From an uncultured Alphaproteobacteria bacterium (GTDB taxonomy: Bacteria > Pseudomonadota > Alphaproteobacteria > Rhodobacterales > Rhodobacteraceae), in the NCBI GenBank assembly GCA_963798235.1, contig CAWCSN010000012.1, positions 37,194-101,193 of the forward strand: a stretch of 64,000 bases of DNA. Reading direction: 5' to 3'. Below are positions 34,319 through 45,082 of the stretch, in pieces. Made by a program: the position numbers and the translations under genes. Under the pieces are notes generated by a model. The model had not been told where the DNA came from and made no database searches. It saw nothing but the letters and a program-made list of their open reading frames with translations. Numbering within the stretch: the stretch's first letter is position 1; every line of letters starts with the position of its first letter.

Positions 34319-34525
34319 GCCGGATTTGGCCGTCGACAAATCCGGCCGCGGCCGCCCCTGCGGGGGGCGGACGCGATACGCGTCCGCCGGGGCGGCCGCG
34401 GCCGGATGGAAGCCGACGGGGATGCGGGGCGCCCCTTCGCTTCCGCGCTCGCGCGCTCCGGCGAACGGCCCGGCCGAGGCAGGGCCTCGGCTTGTCGGGC
34501 CGCTGACTCGCGGGCCGGGGCCCGC
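34319..34525. repeat. GC-rich inverted-repeat cluster between convergent arsH and the HerA-like gene
   Basis: 19-bp perfect arms 34340-34358/34389-34407 enclose a 10-bp stem; an overlapping 10-bp stem 34319-34328/34337-34346; further hairpins downstream. Confidence 0.7.
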
Positions 34526-34609
34526 TTCGGTCGAGGGTGATACCCGGCGCCGGGAAAGGCTCTGGCTTTGGGCTTGTAGGGGCAAGCTGCCGGCGGTTTG
34601 GCCGGGTTT

Positions 34610-36146
34610 TCACTTGCCCTTGAAGAGGCTGCCGAGGATGCCGCGGACGAGCTGCTGGCCCTGGCGGGTGCCGAGTTGCTTGATGACGGTTCGGGTGATG
34701 TCGGTGGTGATCGAGGGCTGGGCGCGGGTGCGGGACGGGGTGCGCTGCGCGGGCTCGTAGCGACGCGCGTTGTTCAGCTCGTCGCGCTGCGCCTTGGCCT
34801 GGTTGAGCATGTCCTCGGCCATCTTCGCCTGTTCGGCGGCCTGTCCGGCGCGTTTGGCGAGGAGTCTCCTGGGCGGACTCGCGGTTGATGGCGGTGTCGT
34901 ATTTGCCGGCGACGGGGGAGGCGGCGATGGTTTCGCGGCGCTCGGGCTCGGTGACGGGGCCCATGCGCGATTCCGGGGGGCGGATCAGGGTGCGGCTGAC
35001 CATGGCGGGGACGCCCTTGGCCTCGAGGAGGGAGACGACGGCCTCGCCGGTGCCGACCTCGCGGATCGCGGTCTCGGTGTCGAAGGCGGGGTTGGGGCGG
35101 AAGGTCTCGGCGGCCTGTTTCAGGGCCTTGGCGTCGCGGGGGGTGAAGGCGCGGAGCGCGTGCTGGACGCGGTTGCCGAGCTGGGCGAGGACGTCGCCGG
35201 GGACGTCGTCGGGGTTCTGGGTGCAGAAGTAGACGCCGACGCCCTTGGAGCGGATCAGGCGGACGACCTGGACGACCTTGTCGACGAGGGCTTTCGGCGA
35301 GTCGTTGAAGAGGAGGTGGGCCTCGTCGAAGAAGAAGACGAGGACGGGCTTGTCGGGGTCGCCGACCTCGGGGAGCTGCTCGAAGAGCTCGGACATCAGC
35401 CAGAGCAGGAACATCGCGTAGAGGCGCGGCGACTGCATGAGCTTGTCGGACATGAGGACGTTGACGCGGCCCATGCCGTTCGGGTCGGTGGCGATGAGGT
35501 CGTGGAGGTCGAGGGCGGGTTCGCCGAGGAAGTTGGCGGCGCCCTGGTTCTCGAGGACGAGGAGGGCGCGCTGGATGGAGCCGACCGAGGCGGTGGTGAT
35601 GTTGCCGTAGGTCTTCGAGAGGTCCTTGGCGTTGTCGGCGACGGAGGTGAGCATCGCCTGGAGGTCGGCGAGGTCGAGGAGGGCGAGGCCCTGTTCGTCG
35701 GCGACGCGGAAGGCGATGTTGAGGACGCCTTCCTGGGCGTCGGAGAGCTCCATCATGCGGGCGAGGAGGAGCGGGCCCATCTCGCTGACGGTGGTGCGGA
35801 CGGGGTGGCCGGACTGGCCGAAGAGATCCCAGAAGACGACGGGGTAGGCGCGGTAGTCGAAGGGGGTGAAGCCGATCTGGGCGGCGCGTTTGACGAGGGC
35901 GTCGTTGGCCTTGCCGTTGGGGTCGCCGGGGCGGGAGAGGCCGGAGATGTCGCCCTTGACGTCCTGGATGACGACGGGGACGCCGGCGGCGGAGAGGCCC
36001 TCGGCGAGGACCTGGAGGGTGACGGTCTTGCCGGTGCCGGTGGCGCCGGTGATCAGGCCGTGGCGGTTGGCGTAGTGGAGGAGGAGATCCTTGGGTTCGG
36101 CGTAATTCTCGCCGCCGCCGCCGACCAGTATCGCGTCATCCGCCAT
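34610..36146 (-). CDS. HerA-like ATPase, DUF853/YjgR family (frameshift near 34860)
   Basis: [51 protein letters not shown]; second frame ends [13 protein letters not shown]. Confidence 0.9.
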
Positions 36147-36316
36147 GGTACCCTCGGTGAAACCGTGGAAATCGAGCAGGATATTAGCGGGCGGTGGCGA
36201 GAGTGCAACGCGATCTCCGAGGCGCGCCGTTCTGGCGGCGTCAGGCGGGGGCGTTAATCTTTTGGTCCCGGTTTGTTTCCAATCCCGTTGACGTGAGCGG
36301 TACTTGCGTGACGTGC

Positions 36317-36345
36317 TTGACCTGGTGTCTCAGCCGGCGTAGCGT
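36317..36345 (+). promoter_or_regulatory. Sigma70-type promoter
   Basis: TTGACC-N17-TAGCGT. Confidence 0.6.
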
Positions 36346-36350
36346 CCGCG

Positions 36351-36421
36351 CATCGTTCGGCCTAGTCCGGCAGGGAAGTCGCAGAAGCGGGGAAAAGGGC
36401 GCCTTTGAGGTGCCCTTTTCA
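36351..36421 (+). ncRNA. Candidate ~70-nt small RNA
   Basis: Bounded by the promoter at 36317-36345 and the terminator at 36392-36420; no ORF inside. Confidence 0.5.
36392..36421 (+). terminator. Rho-independent terminator
   Basis: GAAAAGGGCGCC-TTTGA-GGTGCCCTTTTC. Both flanking genes point away from it, so it is not at the end of either. Confidence 0.7.
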
Positions 36422-36522
36422 CTTGGGCGCGATCCTTTGACGCGCGCCCGTACGCCGCCGTTGACACGCGGCGCGGGGAGTGACACTTCCGCCGGACGCA
36501 ATCTGAAGGGTGCGCTTCGCCG

Positions 36523-37317
36523 ATGCAACCGATCAAGTTTCGCCTGACGCTCGCCGCCCTCGGGCTCGCGGCCGCCGCCCCGTTCGCCACGCCGCTCGTG
36601 GCGCAGGAGGCACCCGCCGCTCCGGCGGCCGAGGCGCCCGCCACCGCGGCTCCCGACGCGGCGGCTCCGGCCGCGGCGCCGGCGGCTCCTGCCGCACCGG
36701 CGGCCCCGGCCGATGCCGCGCCGGGGGCTGCGGCGTCCACGGCTCCGGGCGCTCCCGGCGCCGCGGGCACGCCGGCGACCCCGCAGCAGCCCGAGGTCAT
36801 GGAGATCGTCAAGGACACCTTCGGCGACTGGCAGATCCGCTGCGCGCCCGACGGCAACGAGTGCTTCATGTACCAGCTCGCCCTCGACGCGCAGAAGAAC
36901 CCGGTGGCCGAGGTCTCGATGCTGAAGCTGCCGGAGGTGGCGGAGGCCGACGCGGGTGTCACGGTCGTCACCCCGCTCGGGACGTTGCTCCCCAACGGCA
37001 TCGTGCTCCAGCTCGACGGCGGCGAGGCGCGGCAGTATCCGTTCGCCTGGTGCAGCCAGGTCGGCTGTTTCGCACGCTTCGGGCTCGCCAAGACGTCGAT
37101 CGACGCGATGAAGCGCGGCAAGTCCGGCAAGATCAGCCTCGTCTCGGTCGGTGCCCCGCAGACGCCGGTGGTGCTGGACCTGTCGCTGACCGGCTTCACC
37201 GACGCCTTCAACGCGCTGGCCGTTCCGCCGAACCCGCCGGGTGCCGTCGCCGCCCCGGCCGCTCCGGCGCCCGCCCCGGCGAAGAAGCCGCTGCCGGACC
37301 TGCTGCCGCGGAACTGA
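36523..37317 (+). CDS. Invasion-associated locus B (IalB) family protein
   Basis: Signal peptide, Ala/Pro linker, FGDWQIRC, CFMYQ, PLGTLL, C..VGC, LSLTGFT. Confidence 0.88.
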   Translation: MQPIKFRLTLAALGLAAAAPFATPLVAQEAPAAPAAEAPATAAPDAAAPAAAPAAPAAPAAPADAAPGAAASTAPGAPGAAGTPATPQQPEVMEIVKDTFGDWQIRCAPDGNECFMYQLALDAQKNPVAEVSMLKLPEVAEADAGVTVVTPLGTLLPNGIVLQLDGGEARQYPFAWCSQVGCFARFGLAKTSIDAMKRGKSGKISLVSVGAPQTPVVLDLSLTGFTDAFNALAVPPNPPGAVAAPAAPAPAPAKKPLPDLLPRN

Positions 37318-37551
37318 TCCGACCTGCGCCCGCCGGTTCGCCCGGCGGGCCTGCGCCTGTTCCGGGTGTCCGCTCTAAGGGCCGCCGCCCGTTGGCGCTC
37401 AGGGGCTCTCGCACCTGCGACCCCGATATTCCCTTCGCCCGACATCGACCAGCAATCTCCGGGTGAAGCTCTCGCCGGTCGCAGCCGGTTGCCTTCCCAG
37501 GCCCGTGTGGCGTTGGCCGTCGCTTCCTCGCAGGGGCGGTCCGGTGGCCTT

Positions 37552-38763
37552 CTATGGCGCGCGGGTGACCACCAGCACGGCGTTCATGCCGCCGAAGGCG
37601 AAGGCGTTGGACATTGCGGCTGCGACCGGGCGTTCGCGCGCGGTGTTCGGGACGACGTCGAGGTCGCAGTCGGGGTCGGGTTCGTCGTAGTTGATCGTCG
37701 GGGCGATGACGCCGTCGCGGACTGCCATCAGGCAGGCGAGGAGCTCGACGGCGCCGGTCCCGCCGATCAGGTGGCCGTGCATGGACTTGGTCGAGGAGAT
37801 CATCAGCGCGTCGGCGTGGGGGCCGAAGACGGCGCGGACGGCGGCGCATTCGGTGCGGTCGTTGACGGCGGTGCCGGTGCCGTGGGCGTTGATGTAGCCG
37901 ATGTCCTCGGGGTTCAGGCCGGCGTCGCGGAGGGCGCCGCGCATGGCGCGGACGGCGCCGGACTGGTTCGGGGTGACGATGTCGCTGGCGTCCGAGGTCA
38001 TCGCGAAGCCGGTGATCTCGGCGAGGATCGTGGCGCCGCGACGCCTTGCGTGCTCGTATTCCTCGAAGACGAAGATCGCGGCGCCCTCGCCCTGGACCAT
38101 GCCGTTGCGGTTGAGCGAGAACGGCCGGCAGCCGTCGCGGGACATGACGCGGAGGCCCTCCCACGCCTTGATGCCGCCGAAGCAGAGCATCGACTCGCTG
38201 CCGCCGGTCAGCACCACGTCGGCCTGGCCGGCGCGGATCAGGTTCATCGCCTGACCCATCGCGTGGTTGGAGGAGGCGCAGGCGGTGGCGACGGTGTAGC
38301 TCGGGCCCTGGAGGTTCCACGCCATCGAGACGTGGGCCGCGGCGGAGCTGTTCATCAGGCGCGGCACGACGAAGGGGTGAACGCGGTTCTTCCCTTCCTG
38401 GTAGACGAGCCGGTAGTTCTCGTCCTGGGTCTGGAGGCCGCCGCCGGAGGTGCCGAGGACCACGCCGGCGCGTTCGGAGAGGGCCTCGCCGATCTCGAGG
38501 CCGGACCCGGCCATCGCCTCGCGCGCGGCGAGCAGGGCGAACTGGCAGAAGGGGTCGTAGAAGGTGAGCTCCTGCCGGGAGAAATGCTCCTCGGGCCGGT
38601 AGCCGCGGATCTGGCCGCCGATCGGGATCGACAGGCGGTCGACGTCCTGGAAGTCGAGGTCGCCGATGCCCGAGCGTCCCTCGCGCATGGCGGCGAAGGT
38701 CTCGTCGGCGGTCCGGCCGAGGGCGTTGAACGAGCCCTGGCCGGTGATGACGACCCGGCGCAC
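37552..38763 (-). CDS. fabF: Beta-ketoacyl-ACP synthase II family
   Basis: TACASSNHA, GEGAA, YINAHGTGT, STKSMHGH, SNAFAFGG. Confidence 0.9.
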   Translation of the reverse strand: MRRVVITGQGSFNALGRTADETFAAMREGRSGIGDLDFQDVDRLSIPIGGQIRGYRPEEHFSRQELTFYDPFCQFALLAAREAMAGSGLEIGEALSERAGVVLGTSGGGLQTQDENYRLVYQEGKNRVHPFVVPRLMNSSAAAHVSMAWNLQGPSYTVATACASSNHAMGQAMNLIRAGQADVVLTGGSESMLCFGGIKAWEGLRVMSRDGCRPFSLNRNGMVQGEGAAIFVFEEYEHARRRGATILAEITGFAMTSDASDIVTPNQSGAVRAMRGALRDAGLNPEDIGYINAHGTGTAVNDRTECAAVRAVFGPHADALMISSTKSMHGHLIGGTGAVELLACLMAVRDGVIAPTINYDEPDPDCDLDVVPNTARERPVAAAMSNAFAFGGMNAVLVVTRAP

Positions 38764-38764
38764 G

Positions 38765-39040
38765 CTAGCGCTGGGCCGCGATCAGGCTCTCCACCGCCTG
38801 CACCATGGTCTCGACGGTGCTGATGTCGAAGTCGGAGTCGCCGGGATCGTTGGCGTTGAACGGCACCTGGATGTCGAAGGCTTCCTCGATGGCGAAGATG
38901 GTCTCGACGAGCCCGAGGGAGTCGATGCCGAGGTCGGCGAGGGTGGCTTCAGGACGGACCTCGGAGGGCGCGAGCAGGGCCTGCTCGGCGAGGATAGCGA
39001 CCACCTTGTCGCGCACGCTGTCCTTGACTGCCTCGGGCAT
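38765..39040 (-). CDS. Acyl carrier protein (specialised, lipid A cluster)
   Basis: LGIDSLGLVE phosphopantetheine Ser, IEEAFDI; lies between lpxD and fabF. Confidence 0.9.
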   Translation of the reverse strand: MPEAVKDSVRDKVVAILAEQALLAPSEVRPEATLADLGIDSLGLVETIFAIEEAFDIQVPFNANDPGDSDFDISTVETMVQAVESLIAAQR

Positions 39041-39072
39041 GAAGCCTCCGTCCATCGACCTGATCGGCAGGT

Positions 39073-40159
39073 CTAATCGCTCGCACCCGGATTGGAAACC
39101 GGTTTTTGCTCGGCTTCGAGCCGCGCCATCAGGCGTGGCAGGCGCCGCAGCGCCTTGTACATCTCGACGTTGATCTCCATCGGGACCGCCGGATAACCCA
39201 TCATGATCCGTCCCGGCGGCACGTTCGAGGCGACGCCGGAATTGCCGGTGATGACGCTGTCGGCGCCGACCGTCACATGGTCGGCGACCTTCGACGCGCC
39301 GCCGAGGACGACGCGGTCGCCGAGCACCACGGAGCCCGCGATTGCGGCCTGGCCGCAGATCAGGCAGCCGGTGCCGACCTTCACGTTGTGGCCGAGCTGG
39401 ACGAGGTTGTCGATCTTGGTGCCGTCGCCGATCGTGGAGTCCGCGATGGTGCCGCGGTCGATGCAGGAGTTGGCGCCGACCTCGACGTCGTCGCCGATGA
39501 CGACGGAGCCGATCGAGTTGACGCGGACGTAAGCCTGCTGCTCCTGCGCCGAGATGGCGCCGGTGGCGCGGGCTTCCTCGACGAGGCCGGGCCGCGGGGT
39601 GACGAAGGAGAAGCCGTCGCCGCCGAGGACGGCGCCGGGCTGGGCGATGAAGCGGTCGCCGATACGGACACGGGCGCCGATGCGGACGCCTTCGAGGAGG
39701 AGGGCGTCGTCGCCGAGGACGGCGCCCTCGGCGATCGAGACGTGGCTGGCGATGCGGGCGCGGGCGCCGACGCGGACCCGGGCGCCGATGACGACGAAGG
39801 GGGCGATGGCGGCGCCCGGGACCGATGGCGGCGGTCGGGTCGATGACGGCGGTGGGGTGGATGCCCGGGGCGATCTCGGGGGCGCGCTCGAAGACGCGGC
39901 CGATGCCGGCGAGGACGTAGCGCGGACGCGGGGCGCGGATGGCGGCGGCGAGGCCGAGGGCCTGCCAGTCGGCGTCGGGCCAGAGGATCGCGGCGCGGGC
40001 GCCGCCGCGGGCGAGATCCGCGGCGAAGCGCTTGTCCATGGCGAGGGCGATGTCGTCGGGACCGGCGGCGGCGGGCTCGGCGGCGCCGGTCACGGTCAGG
40101 GTCGTGTCGCCGAGCGCCTCGGCGTCGAGGGCGCGGGCGAGGTCTGCTATGGTGATCAT
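39073..40159 (-). CDS. lpxD: UDP-3-O-acylglucosamine N-acyltransferase (frameshift near 39820)
   Basis: N-terminus MITIADLARAL..GIHPTAVIDP; shifted frame has hexapeptide repeats, DGFSF, IGDDVEVGANSCIDRG, KIDNLVQLGHNV. Confidence 0.92.
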
Positions 40160-40245
40160 GGGGATGCCTCCGCCTTCGGTCGCGCGACCTATAGCGGAAG
40201 CGTCACCTCCCCATCAATCCACCCCATGTCGTCCGGCGCCCGGAG

Positions 40246-41947
40246 CTAGCCCTGGGCGGCGGCCATGGTCACGCCCTCGGCTTCGAGCGCGTCGAAGAGC
40301 TTGGCGTCGCGGCCGTAGACGTCGGCGCGGTAGCGGGCGGTGCCGTCCGGGTCGAACCAGGCGGTGCGGTAGACGATGTGGACGGGGATGGTGCGGGCGA
40401 GGTCGACGCGGCGCTCCTTGCCGGTCGAGAGCCAGCCGTCATAGGAGGCGGCGGGGTCGGAGACCTGTCCGGTGAGCAGGACTTCGGCGAGCTCGCGCGG
40501 CTTCTGCAGGCGGATGCAGCCGTTGGAGAAGGCGCGGACGTCGCGGGCGAAGAGGTCGCGGTGCGGCGTGTCGTGCATGTAGACCGAGAAGCGGTTCGGG
40601 AACATGAACTTGACCTGGCCGAGGGCGTTGTCGTCGCTCGGGCGCTGCTTGATGCGGAAGGGGAAGTTTTCCGGCGTGTACTGGGTGAAGTCGACGAGCT
40701 TCGGGATTGATGACGGTGCCGGAGCGGGTCATCAGGTCGATGCCGGCGTTCTTCAGCACCATCGGGTTGCGCTGGAGCTTCGGCAGGTAGTCGCGGATGG
40801 CGATCGAGTCGGGGATGTGCCAGCTCGGGTTGATCACCAGGTAGCTGACGACGCCGTCGAACTCGGGGGTCTCGGTGACGTGGGTCTTGCCGACGACGAC
40901 GCGCGACTCCCAGACCGGCTGGCCGCCGTCGATCAGGTGGACGGTGAAGTCGGGGATGTTCACGTAGAGGTAGCGCGCGCCCATGTCGCGGGGCATCCAG
41001 CGCATCCGCTCGAGGTTGACGGTGAGCTGGGCGAGGCGCGTGGCGACCGGGGCGTTGATCGCCGCGAGGGTCGCCTTGCCGACGACGCCGTCGTCGACGA
41101 GGCCGTAGTCGGCCTGGAAGCGCTCGACGCCCTGCTTCAGCGAGTCGTCGAAGTGGTCGTCGATCGCCTCGCCGCTGGCGGCGACGTAGCCGAGGCGGGC
41201 GAGGCGGCCGCGGAGTTCGGCAACGCGCGGGTCGCTCTCGCCGGGATGGAGGGTTTCGCCGTCGGCGACCTCGGGGCCCCAGCTCTCGGTCTGGGCGAGG
41301 CCCTCGAGGCGGAGGCGCTCGGCGACCATCGGGCGGTAGTCGGGGTCGGTGGGCTCGAGGCCGAGGAGGACATCGGGCAGGGGGGCGGTGTCGAGCGCGG
41401 CGAGGAGGGCGCCGGGGGCCGGGCGCTCGGGCTTGCGGGCGATGTACTCGGGGTCGAGCGAGGCGGGCTCGATGATGCCCGAGGAGAGGTCGGTGGCGAA
41501 GCGCAGGTAGGCGGCCATGGCCCGGGCCTCGCGCTCGGCGGGCGAGGCGGTCGAACCGGGGCCGAAGACGGCGGCGAGGCCATCGGCGTCGTAGCGCGCG
41601 GCGGGCAGGGCCTGGGCGCCGGCGTCGCCGAGGGCATCGACGAGATCGTCCGGGAGGGCGCTGCCGGGCGCGGTCCAGAAGGGGGCGTAGGCGCGGGCGA
41701 GGTAGAAGGCCTGGACGGCGTCGCGCTGGCCGGCCGGAAGGGGCGCCAGCGCGGCGGAGAGGCCGTCGCGGATCGCGATCGCGTCATCACCGAGAGCCAC
41801 CGGCTCGACGGCGGGAGCTTCGGGCGCTACCGATGGCTGCATCGCCGCGGGAGCTGCCGTTTCCTGTCCGATTGCGGGCGCGCCGACCGCGCCGATGCCG
41901 CCCGCGAGGAGCGCGCATAGAAGATGTGCCGCCTGAGTGGTTCGCAT
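40246..41947 (-). CDS. L,D-transpeptidase YcbB/LdtD-like with PG-binding domain (frameshift near 40700)
   Basis: FQADYGLVDDGVVG, NLERMRW, VNIPDF, NPSWHIP; second frame VYMHDTP..FSNGCIRL. Confidence 0.9.
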
Positions 41948-42203
41948 GCCTGCCTCGTTTTATCTGCTCGTGTTTTGCGAGAAGTGTACCCGGAGAGCCC
42001 CCTCGCGGCAAGGTGCCGCCCCGGGTGCCTGCTGCCCGGACGGGCGGCGAGCACAACCGACGCGGGAAGTCGGCGGAATATCGCCGATCGCCACGGTGGC
42101 CGGAACAAGGACAGGCTTGGAATGTGGGTTGGTCTGTGGCATCAAAATCGAAGGGGCGCGGACTACAAGCAGCCCGTCAGGCAGTATATCGAGGCAGTGA
42201 ACC

Positions 42204-42761
42204 ATGGATAACGACGACTTCAGGCCGTCCAGGCGGACGGTCCTTGGGGTATTCGCCGGCCTGTGTGCAGTTGCGGCAGCTCCGGTCTATGCCAAGGCCC
42301 CGGGATTCCTCCGCGGCGCCGGCGACGTTCGCCGGATCAGCATGTATAGCCAGCGGACCGGCGAGTCTCTCGACGCCGTCTACTTCGTCAACGGTCGCTA
42401 TATTCCCGAGTCTTTCTCGGAGATCAGCTACTTCATGCGCGACTGGCGCGAGAATCAGGTGATGAAGTACGACCCGCGCAACGTCGACATCCTCGCGGCG
42501 ACGCTCGGTCTGATGGACACCAGCGAGCCCTACCTGATGATCTCGGGCTATCGCACGCCCAGGACCAACCGGATGCTCAAGGGCGCCGCCAGCCACTCCT
42601 ACCACCTCAAGGCGATGGCGGCCGACGTCCGGCTCAAGAGCCGCAACGTCAAGCAGATCTCGGGTGCGGCCTTCGCCTGCAACGGCGGCGGGGTCGGCAT
42701 CTACAATCGTTCGAACTTCGTGCACATGGACTGCGGTCCGGTGCGGAGCTGGCGAGGCTGA
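42204..42761 (+). CDS. YcbK/DUF882 (peptidase M15) family, Tat-exported
   Basis: SRRTVL Tat motif, RDWR, ISGYRTP.TN, SYHLKAMAAD, FVHMDCGPVRSW. Confidence 0.92.
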   Translation: MDNDDFRPSRRTVLGVFAGLCAVAAAPVYAKAPGFLRGAGDVRRISMYSQRTGESLDAVYFVNGRYIPESFSEISYFMRDWRENQVMKYDPRNVDILAATLGLMDTSEPYLMISGYRTPRTNRMLKGAASHSYHLKAMAADVRLKSRNVKQISGAAFACNGGGVGIYNRSNFVHMDCGPVRSWRG

Positions 42762-42820
42762 CGCCTACTTTCGGTTGAGCGATTACTCCCCCCCAAAGTC
42801 GCGTTGTACCGAGATCAGCC

Positions 42821-42866
42821 AGGAAGGACAGGCGTCGAAACTCCGCCTGTCCTTCCTACTTTTATT
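42821..42866 (+). terminator. Rho-independent terminator
   Basis: 14-bp stem AGGAAGGACAGGCG/CGCCTGTCCTTCCT followed by ACTTTTATT. Confidence 0.8.
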
Positions 42867-43117
42867 GTCCCCTGATTGCTGACGGCCGGCCGAGGCGTAA
42901 CGCGTCGCTGTGCGCCGGAGGCTAACCTCCTAGGCATGGCGGAGACACGCTCCGAAAAGTCAAAACGTGCCGTTTCAGCGCGGGCCTAGCAACTTCTCCT
43001 TCATCACCTGCGGTTTGCGCGGCCCCGCGAAATTGCAGTGGCGGGAGACGCACCAGACAGAATGGTCTCCCGCCGGATCGGTGGCGGTCGCGCCAGAGGC
43101 GGCCGGCATTTGAGCCG

Positions 43118-44759
43118 TCACGACTCTGGCAGTCCCGCATTCGCCAGCGCCGCGACCTCGCCTTCCGGCCACGGCCGGATTGCTGTAGAACGCGCCCTCC
43201 CTCCACATGGCCTGGGTGAAATCCGGGTTCTCCGCGAGCGCGCCGCGAACTACCTCTTGCGCCTCTTCGATCCGGCCGAGATTGACCAGCGCGATCGCGT
43301 GCGACAGTCGCGGATAGACGTCCTGGTCCAGCACCTTGACGTATTCGGCGACCGCCTCGTCATTCCGGCCCATCAGCCGGAAGATCAGCGCCCGCTGCAG
43401 CACGTATTCGTCCTCCCGCCCTGGTTCGCGCGGCTCGGCGCGGGCAAGCCAGTCGAGCGCCATGTCGTATTTCCCGTCCGCGATCAACACGTCGGTGAGT
43501 TGCCTCAGCACCCGCGCGTCGTAGGGCGTCATGGCGATCGTCCGCTCTGCCTCGGCAACCCCCTCGTCGTAGTCGCCGCGCCGCATCAGAACGAAGGCGT
43601 TCAGCCAGTGCGCGGACCGCTGCACCTCGGGCGAGAGGTTGTCCTGCGCCAGCGCCTCGCTCACCAGCCGGTCGGCCTCGGCGAAGTTGTGGTCGAGATC
43701 GTCCCAGTACAGCCAGGCCGCCGTCCAGTGCCGCCAGGCGAGTTTGGTCTTGAGCAGCGCGGAGTCCGGGTAATGCTCGAGACCCTCCTCCCAGATCGAC
43801 CCGGCGCGGGCGAGTTCATCCGAGGAGCCTGCGTTCATGTAGACGTCGAGTCCGCGCAGGAAATAGTCGTACTCGCCAAGCGAGGTTGCGTCCTTGCCCC
43901 AGGCCTTGCTGAACTGCGCGCGCTTGATCTCACCCTTCTCGCCGGCGAGCGAAAAGATGATCCGGCCCGACACTTCGTCCAACAGCGCCCAGGGGTCTGT
44001 CCCGACCCCGTCGAAGCGATCAGCCCAGACGTGCTGGCCGGTCTCCGTGTCCTCGAGCTGCGCGATGATACGCAGGGTGTCGCCGTCGCGCCGGACGCTG
44101 CCTTCGAGCACGTAGTCCGCCCCCAGCTCTGCGCCGATCTCGCGCACGTCGCGGGGCTTGTCGCCGTAGGCGAAGGACGAGCCTCGCGCGATCACCCCCA
44201 CGTCCGGGCTACGCGCCAGCATCGAGATCACGTCCTCGGCGACACCTGGTCCGAGGTATGCCTCTTCCTCGTCGGCCATGCTGTCGAAGGGCAACACCGC
44301 CACCACCGGCGTGTGCGACGGCCCCTCCTGCGCCCCCCTCGTCTGCCAGGCGCCGATCCCGAGCGCCACGAGGACGAGGGTCGCGCCGAAGGCAGCGGCA
44401 CGACCCTCGCGCCATGGCGCCGACCGCGCCACGCTCGGCGCTGGGACCAGCCGGTAGCCGCGTCGCGGAACCGTCTCGACCAGCTTGCGCGCGTCGTCGC
44501 CGAGCGCCTTGCGGATCTCGCCGATGCACTGCACCAGGCTGTCGTCGGTCACCACGATCCCGGGCCAGACTGCGTTCTGCAGCTCGTCCTTGGTCACAAG
44601 CCGCCCCATGTTGGCGATCAGGAGCCGCAGCACCGCGAAGCTCTGCGGCCGAAGCGTCGTCGGCCGCCCTTCCGGCCCGAAGATCCGCTCCGCGTCGAGA
44701 TCGACGCGCGCGGCGCCGAGATAGACCATCCTGTCCGAAGGCGTCGCCGTCGTCGTCAT
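43118..44759 (-). CDS. CadC/ToxR-like winged-helix regulator with TM, TolB-like and TPR domains (frameshift near 43170)
   Basis: LRPQSFAVL, VWPGIVVTDDSLVQCI, TVPRRGY; TM helix; VAVLPF, ELGADYVLEGSVRR, HVWADRF; TPR helices; shifted frame ends LANAGLPES-stop at 43118. Confidence 0.85.
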
Positions 44760-45082
44760 CGTCCCGTCCCCCGAAGAGTTTCGACGTCAGAAAGTTACGC
44801 CTGTCGAAGGGGTGAACCGAGCGGGATTTGCGTGCTCACGGCTCTCGCTCGGCCGGTTTCGGCGTTCGATCGGCATTCACTCGGGGCCAGGGGCCGAAGT
44901 TGGCGGGACCGCTTGGCGGCGGGTCGTGGGAGGGCCGGCGGATTGGCCAACTTCCCGGCACAGGGGGGCGGGCTGCTGCTCAATGTCCGGCGAACAAGAA
45001 TCGCACAGTAGCGAATTGAAGACCGGTGAGCGGCGGCTTTGGGCCGAGAGCCGACATGCGGTCGGATCGGTCCGGCGCCGCG

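Noticed and set aside
37552-42761. fabF-acp-lpxD cluster as a secondary-metabolite (type II PKS) locus
   Set aside because: No chain-length factor, cyclase or tailoring genes; the context is lipid A and envelope biogenesis.
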